Source of the DNA: Marsupella aquatica
Lineage: Eukaryota > Plantae > Marchantiophyta
Assembly (NCBI GenBank): GCA_973895155.1
Contig: OZ316893.1
Location: 1,922,860 to 1,986,859 of the forward strand
DNA length: 64,000 bases
Direction of reading: 5' to 3'
The notes under the pieces were generated by a model. The model saw only the letters and a list, made by a program, of their open reading frames with translations, made no database searches and was not told the DNA's origin. The translations under genes were made by a program, and so were the position numbers. Each line of letters begins with the position of its first letter. Position 1 is the stretch's first letter. Of this stretch, positions 22,167-33,316 are shown one piece after another.

Positions 22167-25100
22167 CTACAATTGCAAAACCTGCAAAGTAGCACGGTGT
22201 CTTGAGAAACTCTCCAAATGAATCACTTTGGTAAAGGCATAAGCGGGATTGAGCTTTCCATCAATCTTGACTAGCTCAAAAGTTTTATCAGACATTGTTT
22301 GCCTGATAAAATGGTACTTGATATCAATGTGCTTCACCCTGCTATCCATCACCTGGTTAGCAGCCAAGTGAAGAGCACTCTGACTATCACAGTTTAGAGT
22401 CATTTTGCCATGCTCTAAACCCATCTCCGCGATCAACTTGTCCAACCAAATTGCTTCCTTTGCTGCTTTTGCTGCTGCAACATACTCTGCTTTTGTAGTA
22501 GACTGAGATACGCACTTTTGCAAGGTAGATTTCCAACTGATACATCCTCCTCCAAGAGTGTATACAAACCCAGTTGTAGACCTCCTTGTATCCAGACAGC
22601 CTCCATAGTCAGAATCTACATAGCCAACTAACGTTCTATTTGATCTGTTATCAAATAATAATCCATAGTCCTGTGTTCCTTTCAGATACCCGAGAATCCA
22701 CTTCACAGCTTCCCAATGTACCTTCCCTGGATTTGACATGAATCTGCTAACCTTGCCCATTGCTAGGGCCAAGTCAGGCCTCGTACAAGTCATCAAATAC
22801 ATTAGACTGCCTTCTCATAAGGAATCTTAGCCATCAGACCTTTCTCCACAACATCCGTAGGAGAGAAAGCCGATGACAACTTGAAATGTGAAGCTAAAGG
22901 AATACTTATTGGCTTACAGTTTTCCATGTTGAATCGTGGAAGTACTTTCCTTGCATACTGGCCTTGACTCAAGCACAATTGTCCAGTATCAGAGTTCCTA
23001 AAAATCTTCATCCCTAAGATTCTCTTGGTCTTACCAAGATCCTTCATCCTGAATTTAGCACTCAATTTTGCCTTGAGACTGTCAACCTCAGATTGATCTT
23101 TATCGATAATCAGCATGTCATCCACATAGATCACCAGAATGATGAAACCAAATACATCATTCTTGACTGATTTCGTATACACACAAGGATCATACACCAT
23201 CCTTGTAAAACCTTGAGCAAACATGAAATCATCAAATCGCTTGTTCCACTGTCTGGGAGATTGCTTCAACCCATACAAGGACTTGAGCAATCTACAAACT
23301 AAGTTATCTTGGCCCTTCTTCATAAAGCCTAGTGGCTGTCTCATTAAGATCATCTCTTCCAAGTTGCCATAGAGAAAAGCAGTAACAACATCCATCTGAT
23401 CCATCACCAGACCAAAAAACACAATAAGCTAACACAAGATCCGAATTGTGGAATACTTAGCCACCGGTGAAAAGACCTCATTGTAGTCCACTCATTTCTC
23501 CTGAGTGAACCCCTTGGCAACAAGTCGTGCCTTGTAGATCTTATCTCCACCCTCTGAAGGACTGTCCTTCAACTTGTAAATCCACTTGCTGTCCACCACT
23601 TGTTGACCTCTTGGAAGCTCCACCAGCTCCCATGTCTTGTTGTCACTCAAAGATTGCAACTCCCTTTGCATTGTTGCATTCCACTCATGCTTCTGCTCTG
23701 AAGCACAAGCCTCACTGTACGAAGAAGGCTCTCCTTCTTCCAAGATCAAAGCCATGTCATCTTCATCAGGTGCAATGTCAATATCATCTAGCTTAGATGA
23801 GTCTGCCCATTGACCATACCTGGTAGGAGCTCTAGTAGAACGACTGAAATTTCTTCTAGTAGATGACCCAAGCTAATCTGCTGCTGCTGGCTGATTTTGA
23901 GGTATCCCAACAACAATCTGCTCCTCTTGTTCCATCACAGGAACCAGCTCCAAGCCCGAAGCTTCTCCATCTCTCCTGTCATGAACATCATCATGACTAA
24001 TCTCCCTCTCAACCCGGTCCAGGATGAAAGATTTCCCCTTGTCAGCATGGGAGTCATGAGAACTCTCCCCCTCCTTTGATGATCTGGATTCATTAAAAGA
24101 CACATCTCTACTGACAATTAGCTTACAGGTTACTGGATCCCATAACGTATAACCTTTTACATTTTTCTGATAGCCAAGGAAAATGCACTTCTTCAACTTG
24201 GACTCCAACTTGGATCGAAGTTGGGAAGGTGTAAGCACATAAGCATCACATCCAAAAATCTTAGATCCCGGGGTCCTCACTTCTTTTCTTCCGACCCATC
24301 ACGCGCGAATAAGTATAGGGTTTTTTTATTGGGTTTAGTGAAATACTTTTAAATTTTTGTTGAAGAACATTAGGGTTATTTTAATCCAATTTTGAGAATT
24401 ATAAGAATCATAGGGTTTTTTTGAATCAAATATGGGAATATTCTTGGAATATTCCATTAAGTTAGGGGTAAAAAAATTCCTGAAAAAAACTTTATTGACT
24501 TAACTTTTAGGGTGTTTATTCCCCCAAAACTTTGAGCGTGATATGAGACACCCCTTGGATTGAGGCCCCCGAGTCTTAGATGTGAGTAATCTGTTGGACG
24601 CCTGTACCTCATTTGAAATGGCGTCTTGAATCCAATAGAATTGGATGGAGAAAAATTTACCAAATAAGTTGTAGTGTTGACAACTTCAGCCCAAAACTCA
24701 TGTGGTAAGCATGATTGACTCAACATACTTCTTGAGCGGTCCAATAGTGTTCGGTTGAGTCTCTCAGAAACACCATTCTGCTGAGGAGTATAACTTGTTG
24801 TGAGATGGCGGGTAATCCCTTGCTCCTTACAATACGTTCCAAATTCACCAGAACTATATTCACCGTCGTTATCCGATCGTAGATATCTCACCTTATTACC
24901 AGTCTGATTCTCAACTTGGGCTTTCCACTCCTTAAAAGTGGCAAAAACATCAGACTTACTGTGTAGACAGTATATCCACACAACCTTGAGTAATTGTCAA
25001 TGAACGTGATATAGTATAACCGTCCAGAATGTGAGGGAGTAGGGGCTGGACCCCACACATCACTATGTACATACTCAAGTACCTCCTTGCTGGTGTGAGT

Positions 25101-26744
25101 TTCAACTCCGAAGGGTTTCCTGTGCAACTTCCCAAGCACACAGTGCTCACAAAATTCCAACTTACAAGATTACAAATTAGAAAGTAATCTTTTCTTCTCA
25201 AGAATAACCAAACCTTTTTCACTCATGTGGCCCAAACGGAAGTGCCACAGCTGGGCGGTCTCCTCATGAGATAAGGTTACATTGGCTTCATCATAGACTA
25301 CACTGCCCTCCAAAACGTATAGATTGCTATGTCTCTTTCCCTTCAATACAACTTTAGTACCAGTTGAAACTTGAAGGACACCACTAGCTGAGCTCCACTG
25401 ATGGCCATTTGCTTCTAAAACTCCAAGTGAAATGAGATTTTTCATCATGCTGGGAATATGTCTCACATTCCTCAACGTTCTTACTGCACCATCAAACATC
25501 TGAAATCTTACAGATCCAAGTCCAACAACTTGACATGGGATTCCATTTCCTATCAACACTGACCCATTGGAAACCGTGTAAGAACTGAAAAAATCTCTCC
25601 TAGAGCAAATGTGAAAAGTACATGCACTATCTAGAATCCAATCATCACTACCTGGATTTGACACTACGTTGAGAGCATAACCTTGGCATCATAATATGTC
25701 ATCATCATCAAGTAAATTTACCTCATGCAAGCTCGATGCCGCGTTAGCAGATGCAATAGGGACCTTTACTCGACAATCCCTTTCCATGTGACCAGGCTTG
25801 CCACAATTCCAACATGCAAGAGGCTTCCTCTCTTGCGATTTCCCTTTGGATTTAGATCTCCCTCGTGATGTAGATCTAAACCTGTTTTGCCCATTCATGC
25901 ACTGCGCTACTCTCCCACGGTTCACGTTCAGCGTAGTGCCAAAAGAAGATGTTGTCTATGATTGACCCAATTTCTTTTGAGCATCATCAAACAGCAAGGA
26001 GCTCACCACCTCATTATACAAAATGGACTTCAGATCTCTATACAAGAACACCTGTTTCAAGTCCTGATATGACGGCGGTAAGGAGCTTAGCAGAAGCAAG
26101 GCCTTATCCTCATCTTCAACTTCTTTTCCCAGGTTTGACAGATCCACCGCTAGATTGTCAAACTCATCCAGGTGATCCTGCATCTTGCTCCCTTCCTTGA
26201 GCCTGAGGCTCATCAAGAGAGACTTCTTGTATAGTCGGTCTGACGCATCTTCCTGGTAGTACTTCTCTCTTAGAGCCTTGAACAGTGATGTGCAATCCGC
26301 ATAATCATCCAGCTGCTTGATGATGTGCGGCTTGAGATATAGCATCACTGCATTGACAGCAATCACCTGCTCCTGTCTTCACTGTCTCACAAAAATCTCC
26401 TCCTCACCATCATACTGCTCTCGCGAAGAAAGCAGATGAGCTAAGCCCATGGCCTGAAGGACACCCTTCACTTGCTTCTCCCACAACAAGTAATCAGTAC
26501 GACCATCGTACTTCTCCACCTCAAACTTCACTCCTCCAAATCTTGCCATCTCTCTCTTCTTTCCAACTACCGATAGCTCTAGTAGTAGTACAGCCTCCTC
26601 CACTGCACGCCGCACCGGTGATCATACCGGTGCCACAAGTTCCTCCTCAAATGGTAGCAGCTCCTCCTCAAACTCTCTGTCTGACTGTCGCGATCCTGAA
26701 GCTCCACCGATGCCAATTCTTCCAATATCCTCCGAGTCACTCAT
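22167..26744 (-). pseudogene. gag-pol polyprotein of inner copia (stops, frameshifts, MITE insertion)
   Basis: KFEVEKYDG (gag N-terminus), CWNCGKPGHMERDC (zinc knuckle), WILDSACTFH (protease), LWHFRLGH/CEHC/VHSDVWGP/RSDN/TPQQNGVSER (integrase), YKARLVAKGF/YVDDML (RT) and YVDSD/KHIDIKYHF (RNase H). Confidence 0.95.
24267..24573. mobile_element. 307-bp non-autonomous TIR element (MITE; 8-bp TSD, hAT-like) inserted in the integrase region of inner copia
   Basis: Absent from the homologous outer site (~30860-30885). TSD TCTTAGAT at 24259-24266 and 24574-24581. Termini CCCGGGGTCCTCA and TGAGGCCCCCGAG are an 11/13 inverted match. Interior is AT-rich. Confidence 0.88.
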
Positions 26745-28452
26745 ATGAAACAATCACGAAAAAACATCTTTTTTTGAAACTTCTCATAAAACTCAAAACT
26801 CAACACCGCCCCGTAGCCCACAAAGCTAGGAGTCCAATACTGAAAGCCAAAATCAAAATCAAAATTCGACGGAAAAGTTATTCAAATTTTGGTCGGGGTG
26901 GGTAAAACCTTGGGAAACTCCCCCGTTTTGACCACCTCAGAGAATAACCAAAATACCAAGTACAACCCGTCGTCGGAATCGCAATGTGATTGGTGCGCCG
27001 CATTGCTAACTCCAGTGGCAACGTCCTCGCCCAAAAAGAACCAAAAAAGTTATCCTTTGGCGGACGGAATCTTTGTCGAACGGCCAAAAAATAGCTCTTT
27101 GTTTTTCAGGAATATTTCTGCACAGTCCGACAAGTCTCACAGGGGGTCGTTCCCCCTGTCGAAGCGGTTAAAATGTAGGGCGGCAGGTCCCGGCACAAGG
27201 AGAACAAAGGGGGAGAAAAGAACGGCTAAAAATGGGCCCTAAAGGGGTGTAAACGCCCCTTAAAGACAAAAATACCTGTATAAGAAAAAGAAAAAAGGGC
27301 GCATCCACGTCGCGTATAGGCGATGCGAGGCGGGCCAGGAGGAATACAGGGCGTCAAGGCAGGGGTTGGGAGTATGGCAGGAGCTAAAGGGGGGCGCAAA
27401 GGGCATAATACCCCGTATAGGGGCGAAGGTACACCGTGCGCCGAGGAGGGGCGCCGGCGGGAGGGTGAGGAGGGATTACGGGGGCACAGGGCTGGCCAAC
27501 GGGATGGCAAGTGCTCGAAGGCAGGGTCGGCCTTAGGGTGCAAGGGCAGGGTGGAGGGCGGGGCACCGACGATGGCAAGTCGGGGAGGGGATGGCCGGGG
27601 CGCGCACCGGCCGGCGCTGCGGACCCCGCCTGAAAATCGGGGTGCGGGGGGGAGAGGGGGGGCGCGAAGTGAATACACGGGGCTGGGAGGTGGTGTGTGG
27701 GTACACACACAAGGGCCCAATAAAACCCCCCTTAAAGCAAAAAAGCTCCCCTGGAAAAAAAGAATGTAAAACTCACTTGAAAAGCCATTGTTTCCAATGA
27801 GAAAAGTGAACGCCGCCGACGGAAAAAGTGGCCAAATTTCACCGGCACAGTCTGCAGCTCCAGTAGAGTAGAAAATTTCCGCCGCGTCGCCTTGACTTTG
27901 CGTCAAGTGCCAATCCCAGGCTCAAAACAACCGCCTCGCCGTGATCAACCCGTTGAGCCGTAGCACTTCGCGTGTCTTCCATCGAGTTGAACGTCACGAA
28001 GAGAAACCCGGTTCAGATGTGAACAAGCTCCATAGCTTGTGAAAAAACCTGAACGTCTCCTTCACTCGTCACGTTGCACTTCGTAACAACTTGGCAGCAA
28101 TTCAGCTACCGAAACGACCAGCTCGCTTCAACCTTCAACTTGAGCTATAATGTGCAATCCCTCCCGCATTGCACAGCTCACACCGTTGAAAAATGTGAAC
28201 TCTACTCTCCCCCAAAAATACCGTCGAACACGAATAAACCTGTGAACAATGCAAACTTTAATTCCTCCGCACCACGGATACCGATCAGCAAGTTCTAACC
28301 ACCGTTAGAAAATCCTCTCACTAACCTATCCGCTCAGCCACAAACATTCAAGTTTCAAGCGACAAAACTCTGAATGTACCATCGACAATGAACTCTGGAA
28401 AAACCTGTCATGAAAAAACCTCGTCACCTCCCAGGCATGCTCTGATACCACT

Positions 28453-28796
28453 TGTTAAGCATAGACGACATTCGTAATAGCAAGCCCATGAACCATCCAA
28501 CGCACAATAGTCGACACAGAGAGATATGTGGTTCATCTCCACATGAGGCTACGTCCACGAGAACACACAACAGCTTTACTGCACTCTAGGCCGACCGGCC
28601 ATACCAAGCATCCACAGCACAAGCTCTCCCTATCTCTCAACTAGCTCCGTAACAATGAGCCTAAGTTCCACTAGGGTCTAGCATCAGCCCTGGCTATATA
28701 CACAATAACACTATCCCTAACATTAGCTAAGTCCTAACCCAAGTTAGACTAACTGTGGTTAGCTCATGAGTCACAAGACTAGAGCAATATCTAACA
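28453..28796 (-). repeat. 5' LTR of inner copia (344 bp)
   Basis: TG..CA ends, adjacent PBS at 28439-28450, followed by TSD ACTCG. Confidence 0.95.
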
Positions 28797-28801
28797 ACTC
28801 G

Positions 28802-31800
28802 GAGGATACTGGAAGAATTGGCGTCGGTGGAGCTTCAGGATCATGACGATCAGATGGAGAGTCTGAGGAGGAGCTGCTACCGTTTGAGAAGGAACTAGTA
28901 TCACCGGTACGATCATAGGTACGGCGTGCAATGGAGGAAGCTGTTCTACTACCAGAGTTGTTGGTAGTGGGGAAGAAGAGGGAGATGACAAGATTTGGAG
29001 GAGTGAAGTTTGAGGTGGAAAAGTTTAGATCATCTACTTTCATCGCGAGAGCAGTATGATGGAGAGGAGGAGATTTTTGTGAAACAGTGGAGACATGAGC
29101 AGGTGATTGCTGTCAATGCAATGATGCTATATCTCAAGCCGCACATCATCAAGCAGTTGGATGATTATGCGGATTGTGCGTCATTGTTCAAGGCTCTAAG
29201 AGAGAAGTACTACCGGGAAGATGCGTCAGACCGGCTGTACAAGAAGTCTCTCTTGATTAAGCTCAAGGAAAGGAGCAAGATGCAGGATCACTAGGATGAG
29301 TTTGACAGTCTAGCGGTGGATCTGTCAAACCTAAGAAAAGGAGTTGAAGATGAGGATAAGGCCTTGCTTCTGCTAAGCTCTTTACCGCTGTCATATCAGG
29401 GCTTGAAACATGTGCTCTTGTATAGAGATCTGAAGTCCATTTCGTATAATGAGGTGGTGAGCTCTTTACTATTTGATGATGCTCAGAAGAAGCTGGGTCA
29501 ATCACAGACAACATCTTCTTCTGGCACTGCGCTGAACGTGAACCGTGGGAGAGCAGCGCAGTGCTCAAATAGGCAAAATAGGTTTAGATCTACATCACGG
29601 AGGAGATCTAAATCCAAAGGGAAATCGCAAGAAAGGAAGCCTCTTGCATGTTGGAATTGTGGCAAACTTGGCCACATGAAAAGGGATTGTCGAGTAAAAA
29701 ACCCTACTGCATCTGCTAACGCGGCATCGAGCTCGCATGAGGTAGACTTACTCGATGATGATGAAATATTGTGATACCAAGATTATGCTCTCAATGTAGT
29801 GTCAAATCCAGGTAGTGATGACTGGATTGTAGATAATGCATGTACTTTTCACATTTGCTCTAGGAGAGATTTTTTCAGTTCTTACACGGTTTCCAACGGG
29901 TCAGTGTTGATGGGAAATGGAATCCCATGTCAAGTAGTTGGACTTGGATCTGTAAGATTTCAGATGTTTGATGGTGCAGTAAGAACGTTGAGGAATGTGA
30001 GACATATTCCCAATATGATGAAAAATCTCATTTCACTTAGAGTTTTAGAAGCAAATGGCCATCAGTGGAGTTTTGCTAATGGTGTCCTTTAGGTTTCAAC
30101 TGGTACTAAAGTTGTATCGAAGGGAAAGAGACATAACAACCTATACATTTTGGAGGACAGTGTAGTCTATGATGAAGCCAATGTAACCTTATCTCATGAG
30201 GAGGCGGTTCGGCTGTGGCACTTCCGTTTGGGTCACATGAGTGAAAAAGGTTTGGTTATTCTTGAGAAGAAAGGATTACTTTCTAATTTTGGAATTTTGT
30301 GAGCACTGTGTGCTTGGGAAGCTGCACAGGAAACCCTTCGGAGTTGAAACTCACACCAGCAATGAGGTACTTGAGTATGTACATAGTGATGTGTGGGGTC
30401 CAGCCCCTACTCCCTCACATTCTGGATGGTTATACTATGTCACGTTCATTGACAATTACTCAAGGTATGTGTGGATATACTTTTTACACAATAAGTCTGA
30501 TGTTTTGCACTTTTAAAGAGTGGAAAGCCCAAGTTGAGAATCAGACTGGTAATAAGGTGAGATATCTACGATCGGATAACGACAGTGAATATAGTTCTGG
30601 TGAATTTGGAACATATTGTAAGGAGCAAGGGATTACCCACCATCTCACAACAAGTTATACTCCTCAACAGAATGATGTTTCTGAGAGACTCAACCGAACA
30701 CTATTGGACCGCTCAAGAAGTATGTTGAGTCAATCATGCTTACCACATGAGTTTTGGGCTGAAGTTGTCAACACTATAACTTATTTGGTAAATTTTTCTC
30801 CATCCAGTGTTATTGGATTCAAGACGCCATTTCAAATGAGGTACGGACGTCCAGCAGATTACTCACATCTGAGGATTTTTGGATGTGATGCTTATGTGCT
30901 TACACCTTCCCAACTTCGATCCAAGCTGGAGTCCAAGTCAAAGAAGTGCATTTTCCTTGGCTATCAGAAAGGTGTGAAGGGTTATAGGTTATGGGATCCA
31001 GTAACCTGTAAGCTAATTGTCAGTAGAGATGTGTCCTTTAATGAATCCAGATCATCAAAGGAGGGGGAGAATTCTGAGGACTCCCATACTGACAAGGGAA
31101 AATCCCCCATCCTGGACCGGGTTGAGGGGGAGATTAGTCATGATGATGTTCATGACAGGAGAGATGGAGAAGCTTCGGGCTTGGAGCTGGTTCCTGTGAT
31201 GGAACAAGAGGAGCAGATTGTTGTTGGGATACCTCAAAATCAGCCAGCAGCAGCAGATTAGCTTGGGTCATCTACTAGAAGAAATTTCAGTCGTTCTACT
31301 AGAGCTCCTACCAGGTATGGTCAATGGGCAGACTCATCTAAGCTAGATGATATTGACATTGCACCTGATGAAGATGACATGGCTTTGATCTTGGAAGAAG
31401 GAGAGCCTTCTTCGTACAGTGAGGCTTGTGCTTCAGAGCAGAAGCATGAGTGGAATGCAACAATGCAAAGGGAGTTGCAATCTTTGAGTGACAACAAGAC
31501 ATGGGAGCTGGTGAAGCTTCCAAGAGGTCAACAAGTGGTGAACAGCAAGTGGATTTACAAGTTGAAGGACAGTCCTTTAGAGGGTGGAGACAAGATCTAC
31601 AAGGCAAGGCTTGTTGCCAAGGGGTTCACTCAGGAGAAAGGAGTGGACTACAATGAGGTCTTTTCATCGGTGGCTAAGTATTCCACAATTCGGATCTTGT
31701 GTCAGTTTGTTGTGGTTTTTGGTTTGGTGATGGATCAGATGGATGTTGTTACTGCTTTTCTCTATGGCAACTTGGAAGAGATGATCTTAATGAGACAGCC

Positions 31801-32686
31801 ACTAGGCTTTATGAAGAAGGACCAAAAGAACTTAGTTTGCAGATTGCTCAAGTCCTTGTATGGATTGAAGTAGTCTCCTAGACAGTGAAACAAGCGGTTT
31901 GATGATTTCATGTTTGCTCAAGGTTTTACAAGGATGGTGTATGATCCTTGTGTGTATACAAAATCAGTCAATAATGATGTGTTTGGTTTCATCATTCTGG
32001 TGATCTATGTGGATGACATGCTGATTCCTTATGAGAAGGCAGTAGGCAGTTTGATGTATTTGATGACTTGTACTAGGCCTGACTTGGCCCTATCGATGGG
32101 CAAGGTCAGCAAATTCATGTTAAATCCAAGGAAGGTACATTGGGAAGCTGTGAAGTGGATTCTCAAGTATCTGAAGGGAACACAGGACTATGGATTACTA
32201 TTTGATGCCAAATCAGATAGAACGTTAGTTGGCTATGTAGATTCTGACTATGGAGGCTGTCTGGATACAAGGAGGTCTACAACTGGGTTTGTATTTACTC
32301 TTGGAGGAGGATTATCAGTTGGAAATCTACCTTGCAAAAGTGTATATCTCAGTCTATTACAGAAGCAGAGTATGTTGCAGCAGCAGAAGCAGCAAAGGAA
32401 GCAATTTGGTTGGACAAGTTGATCGCGGAGATGGGTTTAGAGCATGGCAAAATTACTATAAACTGTGATAGTCAGAGTGCTCTTCACTTGGCTGCTAACC
32501 AGGTGATGGATAGCAGGGTGAAGCACATTGATATCAAGTACCATTTTATCAGGCAAGCACTGTCTGATAAAATTTGAGCTAGTCAAGATTGATGGAAAGC
32601 TCAATCCCGCTGATGCCTTTACCAAAGTGATTCATTTGGAGAGTTTCTCAAGACACCGTGCTACTTTGCAGGTTTTGCAGTTGTAG
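28802..32686 (+). pseudogene. gag-pol polyprotein of outer copia (codons 1-4 stranded at 21623-21634; multiple stops and deletions)
   Basis: Same domain motifs as the inner copy (CWNCGKLGHMKRDC, VHSDVWGP, YKARLVAKGF, YVDDML, KHIDIKYHF). Has a 285-bp in-frame RT deletion at ~32026. Confidence 0.95.
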
Positions 32687-32893
32687 TGCAAGTAGAGTTA
32701 TTTAGCAATGTGTGACTATTTGTATATGGATTACTCATTCCTGTTTGGCTACGGCTTAGTTCTAGTTAACCCTTAGTTAACCCTTGTGGTTTTTAAGGGG
32801 AGACCTAGTTTGGTGATTGTCTAGAACTTCCCGCTGAGGATTCCATATGGTAGCATTTAGTCCAGTCCCCAAGACAAGAGTCAAGGGGGAGTT

Positions 32894-33200
32894 TGTTAGA
32901 TATTGCTCTAGTCTTGTGACTCATGAGGTAACCACAGTTAGTCTAACTTGGTTTAGAACTTAGCTAAAGTTAGTGGTAGTGCTGTTGTGTATATAGCCAG
33001 GGCTGATGCTAGACCCTGGTGGAACTTAGGCTCATTGTTACGGAGCTAGTTGAGAGATAAGGAGAGCTTGCGTTGTGGATGCTTGGTATGGCCTGTCAGC
33101 CTAGAGTGCAATAAAGCTTTTGTGTGTTCCTGTGGACGTAGCCTCATGTGTGTTGGATGGTTCATGGGCTTGCCGTTGCGAATGTCGTCTATGCTCTACA
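32894..33200 (+). repeat. 3' LTR of outer copia (307 bp; 37-bp internal deletion)
   Basis: TGTTAGA...CTACA after the PPT. Lacks GAGGTGAACC...TCTTGTG between TGTG microhomologies. Confidence 0.95.
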
Positions 33201-33220
33201 GTACGTAGCCAAAGGGAAGG

Positions 33221-33316
33221 GTTTATTAAATTACCTTGGTAAATGTTAGACAAGTTGAAAAGTTTCTTGAGTTTATTATGTTACCTTGGTAAATGTTAGA
33301 GTAGTTGAAGAGTTTC
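33221..33316. repeat. Tandem duplication, 50-bp period
   Basis: GTTTATTA..TTACCTTGGTAAATGTTAGA..AGTTGAA.AGTTTC at 33221 and 33271. Confidence 0.85.

Larger units (their letters stand above)
21635..28796 (-). mobile_element. Ty1/copia LTR retrotransposon (inner copy, same family, antisense), structurally complete but coding-defective
   Basis: LTRs 28453-28796 and 21635-21970 with TG..CA ends. PBS (rc GCTCTGATACCA) 28439-28450 and PPT (rc CTCCCCCTT) 21973-21981. 5-bp TSD ACTCG at 21630-21634 and 28797-28801. Confidence 0.97.
19774..33200 (+). mobile_element. Ty1/copia LTR retrotransposon (outer copy; Tnt1/Tork-like gag), defective, split by a nested copy
   Basis: 5' LTR 19774-20073, PBS TGGTATCAGAGC 20076-20087, ~1.5-kb leader, gag ATG 21623, and gag-PR-IN-RT-RH resuming at 28802. 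PPT AAGGGGGAG 32883-32891 and 3' LTR TG..CA 32894-33200. IN-before-RT order marks it as copia. Confidence 0.95.

Noticed and set aside
27226-27906. Long Pro-rich/Gly-rich ORFs in the copia leader (also 20749-21165) as an extra or env-like gene
   Set aside because: They arise from stop-poor GC-rich DNA and are not conserved in frame or sequence between the two copies.
19774-33200. Autointegration product or simple inversion of one retroelement
   Set aside because: There are four LTRs, two PBSs, two PPTs and a clean 5-bp TSD around the inner copy, which indicates two separate insertions.
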